This document shows, one piece after another, positions 25,961-36,790 of a stretch of DNA of 64,000 bases. The DNA is from Octopus vulgaris. Taxonomy: Eukaryota. The notes beneath the pieces are model-generated. The model was not told the origin of the DNA and did not search any database. It worked only from the letters and a program-made list of their open reading frames with translations. A program made the translations under genes and the position numbers. The stretch is from assembly GCA_951406725.2 (NCBI GenBank), contig OX597823.1, positions 6,014,001 to 6,078,000 of the forward strand, written 5' to 3'. The number at the start of each line of letters is the position of its first letter. Within the stretch, counting starts at the first letter, position 1.

Positions 25961-26168
25961 AACGGGAAGCTTTATGAAAATAAACAAAAGACGAAGGCAG
26001 GTGGAAAACAAACGAACAATTGTATTAGTATGGCGCTCAGGAAATATAAATAAAACAAGTCTTTAACGTTTCGAGCCTACGCTCTTCAACAGAAAGATAC
26101 ACAGAGAGGCCAAAAACACAGAAAGAAGGAGAGAAAAAAAGCTGTAGTAGCTAACGAATCAACATGGC

Positions 26169-26172
<4 letters not shown>
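25961..26172 (-). mobile_element. TA-flanked ~200-bp repeat carrying a variant hammerhead-like motif (Penelope-like terminal repeat candidate)
   Basis: Homologous to 41062-41255(+); both share gaagagcgtaggctcgaaac. Confidence 0.6.
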
Positions 26173-26214
<42 letters not shown>

Positions 26215-26786
26215 ATGCACAAAACAAAGTGTGATGATATAACATAATGACTGAGAGAATTTACCCAGGGACACTATCAGCATGGAAAATAATTAGTAAA
26301 GCCAGCACTGGTGTACTGAATGCAACAAGCAAGATATATAAACAGTGTGATTGGGGGAACCTTGTGCTGTGTAGGCTATATTGGGGGCTGAGTGAAACCC
26401 ATCTGGGTTAAAATAACAGCCACATCAGTCTAATCTCAGCAGGGGTTATAATCCCAGATCTGCTCAACAACCAGGCTACTAATGCACTGTTATGTGTAAT
26501 TCATTAACTAATTATATGGTTTCAATTAATTACTAATTAAACATCTGTTCTGATAAGTAATATACTAGTAATATTTGGTTAAGCAATTTTTGCTTTTATG
26601 AAGCATATATTATACATTAGTTGCAGACTTGGCTGTGTGGTAAAGAAGTTTGTGTCTCAATCACATGGTTGTGGGTTCAGTCCTACAGCTGTGCATGGAA
26701 TCTTGGGCAAGTGTTTTCTCTTATAGACTTGGGCTAATCTACTCCCTGTGACTTGATTTGGTGACTGGAAACTAAAGGAAGACTGT

Positions 26787-26825
<39 letters not shown>

Positions 26826-27463
26826 TACAGTGGGAGAGAAAGAGAGAGAATGCATGTATGAGAGAAAGAGTGTTTGTGTGTGTAAGAGAAAAAGAGTGTG
26901 TGTGTGTGAGAGAGAGAGAAAGAGAAAAAGAGTGTGTGTATGCATGTGTGTGTGAGATAGAGAGGGAGAAGAGAGAATGCATGTATGAGAGTATGCATGT
27001 GAGAGAAAGAGTGTGTGAGAGAAAAAGAGAGAGAGTGTGTGTGTGTGTGTGTGAGATAGGACCCTCCTGTTTCATCTTTACCCTCAGTAGCATCATAAAT
27101 CCAGCACCGGAATATCTCTGTGGTGCTCCACTTTCCTTGGTGCCCTGAGCAAATGCTTATTATATGTCGTAGTTAATTCAAGCCTGCTTCCAAAGTTGAT
27201 AAAGTACATACCAGTTGATAGAATAAGCCCCAAAATGGATATATTCAACTATAGTCTAGAATCTGGTGTACCTTTGACAGGACACAGTACTACAGCATGG
27301 CCACAGTCCAATGAAGAAAACAAGTAAAAGAAATATAAAAAAACAAGTTAATTCATATCATCTACTGTTCCCTGCTTGCGTGTTCAGGTGGATTTTGTTA
27401 AGGCAGGTTATTTTTATAGCCGGATGCCCTTCATGCTAACCCTCACCTGCTTCAAAGCAAGGT

Positions 27464-27757
27464 TTGTTCCTTCTCGAGCCATCCTTGGCTCATTGGGGCC
27501 AGTTTTCTGGCTTCCTTGGCATATAGATTCCCAACCAGGATGCCGGTCAGTTGCAGGTGAGCTGCAAGATGCAGGAGGAAAAAGTTAGAGAAAGTTGTGG
27601 CAAAAGAGTCAGCAGAACTTCGCCATTACCTTCTGCTGGAACCGCGTGGAGCTTAGGTGTTTCGCTCATAAACACACATATCGCCCGGTCTGAGATTCGA
27701 ACCCATGATCCCTCAATCTTGAGTCCGCTGTTCTAACCACTAGGCCATGTGCCTCCA
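27464..27757 (-). mobile_element. tRNA SINE sharing the family-4 head, different tail
   Basis: Minus strand tggcctagtggttaga...gggttcgaatctcagaccgggcg...gagcgaaacacctaagctccacg; aaagcaaggt occurs on both flanks (possible target-site duplication). Confidence 0.75.
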
Positions 27758-29113
27758 CAAGGTAACAAAGCAAGGTAACATTTCCATATGGACAACCATA
27801 CATTTTATGAGAGACAGGAAACAAACAAAACATTATTTGTATGATTGTGACTCGGTGACTCGTTGACAAGAATCATGCAATGTTGAGACAAAAATACACA
27901 GGAGTGGATTTGGTAGAGAGAAACTGAAAGAAGCCCATCGTATGTGTATGTGTCTATATTTGTCCCCACCCTGCCACCACTCAAAAACTGGTGTTGGTGT
28001 GTTTATGTCCCTGTCACTTAGCAGTTTGGCAAAAGAGACCAATAGAATAAGGTACCAGGCTTAAAAAAATACTGGGGCTGATTCATTCAACTAAAATTTC
28101 TTCAAGGCAGTGCTCCAGCATGGCCACAGTCCAATGACTGAAACAAGTAAAAGATAAAAGACAAAATGTTTATATATACATAATGGGCTTCGTTTAGTTT
28201 CCATCTACCAAATCTACTCTCAAAGCTAGAGTAAAAAGACATTTGTCCAAGATGCTGTGCAGTAGTATTGAACCCAAGACCACATGGTAGCGAAGCCAGC
28301 TTCTTGAGCACACGGCCATGCCTGAGGATCTCTTTCTGCTTACAGGAATTGATTTACGTTTTATGAATGGTTTTTAATCAATTAAAAGTTGGCAAAATAA
28401 ATCCATCAGAACCTCGGAAGCAGAGGCAGAGGTGTTGGTGGTGATGGGGATGGGGGTGGGAGAGAGAGAGAGAGACAATTGGCATGGCGCCAGTTGAAAA
28501 GAAAAAAGGAAACATGATTGGATTGTATGTAAGAGTAAATGAAATTGTTATTTTAGAGTTGAAAGGATGGTTTTGTAATAACATTTTCAAGTTAGTAGCC
28601 ATTGATTGTGAAATATAGAGTTGAACAGAAGAGGACGGGTGGGGTGGGGGTGGGGCGAATAAAGAGAGGAATTTTATGAGTTGAGAATGGAAATGTTGGA
28701 GGGTGTGGGGGTGGAGGAGATTGGAAAGGAAGAGGAAGGAACTGGAATGGAGGAAGAGGAATAGGTAGACATGTACATAAATAGTTGAGGATAGATTTAG
28801 AAAAAGTGGAGAGGAAGGGTGTGTGGGCATGTGAGAAAGAGAGAGAGAGAGAGGGAGAGAGAGTGATGTATATGGGAGAAAAAGGAAGAGAATGTGGGTG
28901 AGAGAAAGAGAATGGGTAATGTATATGTGGGAGAAAAAGAGAGAGAATTTGTGTGTGAGAAAAAGAGAGAGAATTTGTGTGTGTGTGTGTGTAAGAGAGA
29001 TGGGTTTTGGAATGAGAGAGTAACATATGAGACTGTGAGAATCTGTGTGTAAGAATGAATGTGTGTATATGTGCGTATGTGTATGTGAGTCTGTGTGTGT
29101 GCGTATGTGAGTC

Positions 29114-29145
<32 letters not shown>

Positions 29146-30069
29146 AGTCTGTGTGTGTGTGTGCATGTGAGTCTGTGTGTGTGCATGTGAGTCTGTGTGT
29201 GTGTGTGCATGTGAGTCTGTGTGTGTGTGTGTGTATGTGTGTGTGAATAATAGAAAGACAGTGAGAAGAAGAGAAAGAGAAGCAAATAAAAGGCAGAAAG
29301 AGAAAAGAAAGAAAACGGAAAAGAATGGAAGAAAGAAACAAGGAAAAGAAAGAGAATCCAGTGACTGGAAATGGCTGAAGTCTGACTAAAAGAAGCCGAG
29401 ATTGATGTGGAATTCCAGACACAAAAGATATCTGTGTGCATAGGTATGCGTGTGTATGTGCGTTTGACTGTGTCTGTGTGTATATATGTGTGTATAAGTG
29501 AGTGTGTGTATCTATGCACCTATATTTCCTGCTTCGTACACAATCTCACCCAACGATGACTGCATCGGACCCTCCATCCTCCATCTTTCAAGTTTATGAA
29601 GAGAGTCTGTCATTTGAAACAGAATATATTCTCCAAGAATCATTCAGAGAATTGTTTCATTCAGTTCTTGTGATTCATTCCGCTTACAGCTGGAATTGAT
29701 TGGAATGTTGAGTGTTGGAGCGGGGAGAGGCAATGGAAGTATTAATGGTCAGTGTCAGGGTGGGAAGATTAGGGTTTGTGGAGGGGGGTATTGTTTTGGA
29801 GAGAGATTGTCCATGATTAAGAATAATTAACCTCCTTTCTTACCACCACCCCCATGTTGAGTTTGACTTTGCCTTTTATCCTTGAGCTATCAATAGAATA
29901 AGTGGCAGTTAAGTAATGAGGTCAATGAACCCAATACATCATTATCATCATCGTCATTGTCATTTAACGTCCTGGGGTCTGGGAAGCCAGGAGGCTGCAC
30001 CAGGCCCCAATCTGATCTGGCAGTGTTTCTACAGCTGGATGCCCTTCCTAATGCCAACCACTCTTTTAC

Positions 30070-30540
30070 TAAAACCGTTGACCCTACTTTTGCCTATATC
30101 ACACTGGGGCAAATTTTGCTTTTCAGTTCTCCAGGGTGGTAAACTATCAGGATCATGCACTCAACCCCATCCTTCCACTAAAACCCTTGACCCTGTTTTT
30201 GCCTATATCATGCAGGAGTAAACTTTGCTTTTCATCTTTCTGCGGTTGATCAAATTAGACAAATAAAACACTAGCACCATATTCTCAACTATATCCTTCC
30301 ACAAAAATGATCAGCCCTGCCTTTGCCTTCACCATACAAAGCAAACTTTTGTCTTTCATCTTTCTAGGGTTGTTCAAAGAACACCACTAAAACACACGAG
30401 TAAAATCCTGGAACCAATGTCCATGACTAAAGACCATTTACTTAAATTGTTAGCCCTGCCTTTGCCAATATCATTCAGGGGATAATTTTGCCTTTTATCT
30501 TTCTTGGACAGATCAAATAACATCAGTAAAACACTGGGAT
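30070..30540. repeat. Degenerate ~110-140-bp tandem repeat, 4 units
   Basis: ccct...tttgcc...atca...aa(c/t)tttgcttttca recurs at ~30082, 30190, 30314 and 30454. Confidence 0.7.
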
Positions 30541-31780
30541 GAATATATTTGGCTATTTGTGACCTTGTTCCAAAATTGTGTGTGAGCTTAGTGGTGAACA
30601 AGTGTGACACCATTCTCTGGGAGATTCTCAATGCCAATGAGGAACTGAATGGCCTGGACCAGAAGAATTTCAACCTGGAGACTATGAACATTTTCCAGAA
30701 ACCTCTGACCAGGTGGTGTCATTAGAAGAATATTCTGGTTTGGTACGAACTTTCAACGTATGGAAGTGCTGTCAACTTGGCCCAAAAGAATGAACTTACT
30801 CTCAGCATGTACCTATAATCCTGGAATGACTGCAAGGACAAGGCACCTACCCCTAGTAGTAAAGGTTCACCTGGATTTTCAAGTCCCTTGATTGGTCTTA
30901 TATGATACATCTAATTCCATTTCTCTTGTATAATGTTTGTTTGTTGTACTTGAGTTTTCATCATTGATTCTGTATTTCCTCTCAACCAACATTTTCATAA
31001 TGTTTTCTTGTGATGTCTCCTTATCAGTCACCCTTGTGGCAAACATTAGATGTTAAGGAGAGTTTTGCTAAATAATGGTTTCAAATTTTGGCACAAGACC
31101 AGCAACCTTGAGGAACAAGATAACTTGGTTACATCAACCCCAGTGCTCAGCTGGTACTTATTCTATTAAAAGGTTAAAGGCAAAGTGGACCTTGGTGGAA
31201 CTTGAACTCAGAACGTAAAAGCAGATGAAATTCTGCTAAGCATTTTGCCCAACCTGCTAACGATCCTGCCAGCTCACTGCCTTAGTCTTGCAAAATATTA
31301 AAGGTGATAGGGGATCCAGCCAAATATAAAAATTCCAAACATGTTCCACCATAAATTCTCCAGAGTTTGTCAAGAAAAATTTGGGTTCTAATCCTGAACT
31401 AATCATGCAACTTTGGCTGTTGCTGTTTAGCCCCAGGTCAGTCCTGACTGAGTAGACTTATAATCAAAAGTATTCCAACCAGGACCATCTCATATTTTTT
31501 CTAATGTTGTCCTTTGCTTTATTAAAAATTACAAGATATGGTTTAAGTGGGGTTTGGTTGCTAATCCTAACAGGTTGTGCAAACACCTGATAAAACGGGT
31601 CAGTCAAGTACTGCCCAATGTCCTGAATTAATAGACCTATGACTAAAGGGTTAGGGTTAGGCATTTCTACCAAGTCCAGCCAGTCTTTTGTATATCAGAA
31701 ACTACAATTTCTTAATAAGGGCTTTTCTAACAAAAAAGAATAAAACAAAAGATGGCGCAGTTGATTGTGAGTTGAGAAAA

Positions 31781-32668
31781 TCTGGCTGCTATTTCTAGTA
31801 ATCAGAGCGACCACTTGAAGGTTATCTTATTAGCTTCTTTATTTTAATGTTTTATACAACGGAGTGTAGTGGTTGATATTAAGTGTTAGATAATTGGCTG
31901 CTATTTCTAGTAGATAGAGTGACCACAAGCAAGTTACTTCACTAGCTTTTCTAATTCATACAATAGGGTACAGTAACTAAAAGAACAAATAGATGAAGGT
32001 AAGCTTGTTGGTATGTAGTGGCTGATGATGCGAAGGGCCATGGCTTAGTGGTTAGGGTATCCAGCTCATAAGTCGTGAGTTCAATTCCCGGCAGTGTGTT
32101 ATGTCCTTGAGCAAGATACTTTATTTCACGTTGCTCCAGTCCACTCAACTGGCAAAAATGAGTTGTACCAGTAATTCAAAGGGACTAGCCTTGTCACATT
32201 CTGTGTCACAATGAATCTCACCAAGAACTAAATTAAGGGTATGCATATCTGTGGAATACTCAGCCACTTGCATGTTAATTTCATAAGCAAGTGTTCCATT
32301 GATTCAATAAACTGGAACACCCACCATCATAACCAACGGAGTGCCAGTGGGGGTGTAGTCGCTAATACTATGAACTAAACGTTTGGCTGCTATTTCTAGT
32401 AAACAAAACAAGTACCTGAAGGCTACCTCGTTTGTGAGTTTAGTTTCTTTTGTACAATGGTACGTAGTGGCTGATATCATGTGCTAAACATTTGGCTGCT
32501 ATTTCTAGTAAACAAAACAAGTACCTGAAGGCTACCTTGTTTGTGAGTTTAATGTTTATTTCTAGCAGATGGAGCAACCACGTGTAGGCTACCCTTGTTA
32601 GCTTGTTAAGTTCAGTGTTTTATGCAAAGGAGAGCAGTGGCTGATATGATTAAGTGTTAAATATCTGC
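31781..32668. repeat. Degenerate ~110-bp tandem repeat interrupted by a SINE
   Basis: tggctgctatttctagt at 31783, 31895, 32384 and 32493. Confidence 0.8.
32032..32347 (+). mobile_element. SINE family 2
   Basis: Aligns to 24945-25270; interrupts a ~110-bp tandem array. Confidence 0.85.
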
Positions 32669-32849
32669 AAATAACTCCTGAAAGATTAGACATTTTCATA
32701 AACAAAACCTGCTAAAGTGAGGCTTAATGGAGTCTGTACGTTGTTGCCTAGACAACAGAGACCATGAATTCGTCTTCGTCTTTTATTGTTTTCTATCTGG
32801 ATACTACTTTACATGGTAAACTATGTTGTGGTGTCGGGGGGGGGGGGAG

Positions 32850-33020
32850 GAGGAGGAAGAAGAATGAGGAATAAAAATAATAATAAGAAGAATGAAGAAG
32901 GAAGAGGAGGGGGAGGAGGAGGAATAAGAAGAAGAATGAGGAATAATAATAATAATAATAATAATAAGAAGAAGAAGAAGAGGAATGAAGAAGAAGAAGA
33001 GAAATGAAGAAGAAGAAGAA

Positions 33021-33066
<46 letters not shown>

Positions 33067-33952
33067 GAGAATGAAGAAGAAGAAGAATGAAGAAGGAGAA
33101 TGAAGAAGAAGAAGAAAAATAAGAAGAATGAAGAAGAAGAAGAATGAAAAAGAAGAAGAATGAAGAAGAAGAAGAAGAAGCATGAAGAAGGAGAATGAAG
33201 AAGAAGAAGAAGAAGAAGAAGAAGAAGAAGAAGAAGAAGAAAAATAAGAAGAATGAAGAAGAAGAAGAATGAAAAAGAAGAAGAATGAAGAAGAAGAAGA
33301 AGAAGAAGCATGAAGAAGGAGAATGAAGAAGAAGAAGAAGAAGAAGAAGAAGAAGAAGAAGAAGAAGAAGAAGAAGAAAAATAAGAAGAATGAAGAAGAA
33401 GAAGAATGAAAAAGAAGGAGAATGAAGAAGAAGAAGAAGAAGAAGAAGAAGAAGAAGAAGAAAAAGGAAGAATGAAGAAGAAGAAGAATGAAAAAGAAGA
33501 AGAATGAAGAAGAAGAAGAAGAAGAAGCATGAAGAAGGAGAATGAAGAAGAAGAAGAAGAAGAAGAAGAAGAAGAAGAAGAAGAAGGAAGAATGAAGAAG
33601 AAGAAGAATGAAGAAGAAGAATGAAGAAGAAGAAGAAGAAGAAGAAGAAGCATGAAGAAGGAGAATGAAGAAGAAGAAGAAGAAGAAGAAGAAGAAGAAG
33701 AAGAAAAATAAGAAGAATGAAGAAGAAGAAGAATGAAAAAGAAGAAGAATGAAGAAGAAGAAGAAGAAGAAGAAGCATGAAGAAGGAGAATGAAGAAGAA
33801 GAAGAAGAAGAAGAAGAAGAAGAAGAAGAAGCATGGGGAATAAGAAGAATGAAGAAGAAGAAGAAGAAGAAGAAGAAGAAGAAGAAGAAGAAGAAGCATG
33901 GGGAATAAGAAGAATGAAGAAGAAGAAGAAGAAGAAGAAGCATGGGGAATAA
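32850..33952. repeat. ~1.1-kb compound (GAA)n purine tract with higher-order structure
   Basis: GAA runs punctuated by recurring gaat, gcat, aaaat and ggag variants. Confidence 0.97.
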
Positions 33953-34395
33953 GAACACCAGCAGGAAGAACAATAACAAGCAAAAAATAAAACAAAGTGA
34001 AAGACTAATACAAGAATAAAAAGAAAGAATTCCTGAAAGAAATAAGAAAAAAGAAAAAAGAAAAAGAAAAAAGAAAGGAATAAAAGAAATCGGAGTGGGC
34101 GGTGGGGGGGGGGGGGGAGAAATAGATTGAAATAAAAACAAGTTTTTATTCAAAGTGAAGTCATTATATTGTGAAAGGGAGTCTGCAGTTGTAGACTGTC
34201 TAATAGTCTGGCACCACCAGAAATTGTCCCCAGCTGGATGATGGCATTACAAAGACTCTACGGCAATCTTACATAAGAGATACGGTTTTATATAGGCCTC
34301 GAAAAACCTATTTTGAAAGAATATGAAGCCTTGTGGGTGGATTTGGTAGACACAAACTGAAAGTAGCTCATTTTGTGTGTGTGTGTGTGTGAGAG

Positions 34396-34436
<41 letters not shown>

Positions 34437-34438
<2 letters not shown>

Positions 34439-34701
34439 ATCGCGGTTTCGATTCCCAGACCGGGCGTTGTGAGTGTTTATTGAGCGAAACCACCTAAAAG
34501 CTCCACGAGGCTCCGGCAGGGTGGGTGGGTGGGGGGGGCGGATCCCTGCTGTACTCTTTCACCACAACTTTCTCTCACTCTTTCTTCTGTTGGCCTGCTC
34601 GCTTAGCCAGCGGGGTGGCGTCATTCGAAGGCTAAAACAATGCGAACGCATTGTGACCAGCGATGTGTAACAACATCTGATGGTCTGGTCGGTCACGTGA
34701 T

Positions 34702-34709
<8 letters not shown>
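34437..34709 (+). mobile_element. CpG-rich young SINE, family 4 (5'-truncated), between (TA)n tracts
   Basis: B-box-like gtttcgattccc and tail ggtcggtcacgtgatcacgtgat. The last ~110 bp recur almost identically at 24812-24920. Confidence 0.8.
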
Positions 34710-34738
<29 letters not shown>

Positions 34739-35904
34739 TCAAGCATGGCTGTGTGGTAAGAAGTTTGCTTCCCAACTGTATGGTTCTGGGTTCAGTCCCA
34801 TTGCGTGGTACCTTGAGCAAGTGTCTGATACAATAGCCTCTGATACAAAAGACTTGTGAGTAGATTTGGCAGATAGAAACTGAAAGAAGCTTGTTGTGTG
34901 TATGTGTGTGTGTGTGTGTTGGCACAGTGGCCTAGTGGTTAGAGTGTTGCATGCACAATTGCAAGATTGTGGTTTCAATTCTCAGACTGGCAGTGTGTTT
35001 TGTTCTTGAGCAAAACCCTATATTCCCCACTGCTAGCTGCAAAAGGGTAACCTTGTGATGGACTGCCGTTCCATTCAAGGGGGTCGTTGGCCATCCTGCC
35101 TCACCAGCAGGATGGCATCGACTGAAAGCTAGAACTGACGATGTGCATTGTGACCACGGGTGTATATAACACCATCCAATAATCTGGTTGATACAGTTGT
35201 GTGTGTGTGTATGTGTGTGTCTTGTCTCAACATCATGTGACGATCGGAAGCAAGCATTACTGCCACCCAGGCAATGTTGGTTCCAGTCTTTTGTGAAGAA
35301 CATTGCTTGGAAACAGATGAGTGTTGGTTCCCCCCCCCCCACAAAAGAGATCCAGTTGTAGGAAATCTGCCGAAAAAATTCCATCCGACCCATGCAAGCA
35401 TGGAAAAGCAGATGTTAAAACAATGGTGACGATGAACACCAATCTCACTTCTTTGGTTAGGAAACCCATTGAAACTGTGTGGAAGCCCTTTGTGTATGTG
35501 TCTGTATGTTTGTCCCCAGCCCCACTTGACAACTGGTGTTGGTTTGTTTACATCCCTGTCACTTAGTGCTTCAGCAAATGAGAACTGACAGAATAAGTAC
35601 CAGACTTAAAGATAAATACTGTTTGACTAAACCTTACAAAGTGGTGCCCCAGCATGGCCACAATCTAATGATTAAAACAAGTAAAAGATAAATGATATGT
35701 CTATGAACAAGATACCTAATGATGATCAGAAATCAATTAATTTAAAGCATAATTAAATGTAATTATTGATTATATCCAATTATATGTAATCATGATTGTG
35801 TATCTTATTCTTAGATATATCTACATTAGTACCAGGCTGGATTTGAACCCTGGGCATTATTTCATAGGCATAAGGCCACAAATTTTAGAGAGAGTGTATA
35901 TATA

Positions 35905-36081
35905 GGCACAGGAGTGGCTGTGTGGTAAGTAGCTTGTTTACCAACCACATGGTTCCAGGTTCAGTCCCACCTTGTGGCACCTTGGGCAAGTGTCTTCTAC
36001 TATAGCCTCGGACCGACCAAAGCCATGTGAGTGGATTTGGTAGACGGAAACTGAAAGAAGCCCGTTGTATATATGTATATG

Positions 36082-36146
<65 letters not shown>

Positions 36147-36355
36147 ATGTTTGTGTATCTGTGTTTGTCCCCCTAGCATTGCTTGACAACCGATGCTAGT
36201 GTGTTTATGTCCCCGTCACTTAGCGGTTCGGCAAAAGAGACCGATAGAATAAGTACTGGGCTTACAAAAGAATAAGTCCCAGGGTTGAGTTGCTCGATTA
36301 AAAAAGGCGGTGCTCCAGCATGGCCACAGTCAAATGACTGAAACAAGTAAAAAAA
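35905..36355 (+). mobile_element. SINE family 1 (full length, young)
   Basis: Very similar to 1862-2268, with a longer (TG)n. Confidence 0.9.
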
Positions 36356-36603
36356 ATATATATAATTGCATAAACTCCAGCATGGAGCTGGTTCTTTTTA
36401 TTTTGTGAGCCCAGTGTGTATGGGGGAGGGGGGTAGTGGTGGTGGTGGTAGTGGTGGTGGTGATGATGATGGTTTATATGTAGAGAGATGAAACTAAATA
36501 ACACAGGGCTTTACAGCAGATGCTCTGCCAACTCTGTCAGTAACCCGAATGGAAGATGTAACTATTTAAAATTCAGTCATCTTTAAAAGATGTGATAAAT
36601 TTG

Positions 36604-36789
<186 letters not shown>

Positions 36790-36790
<1 letters not shown>

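Noticed and set aside
28378-29519. 240-276 aa minus-strand ORFs
   Set aside because: Low-complexity CA/CT-rich sequence that lacks stops by composition.
32793-34153. 337-449 aa ORFs
   Set aside because: Translations of the (TTC)n strand of a simple repeat.
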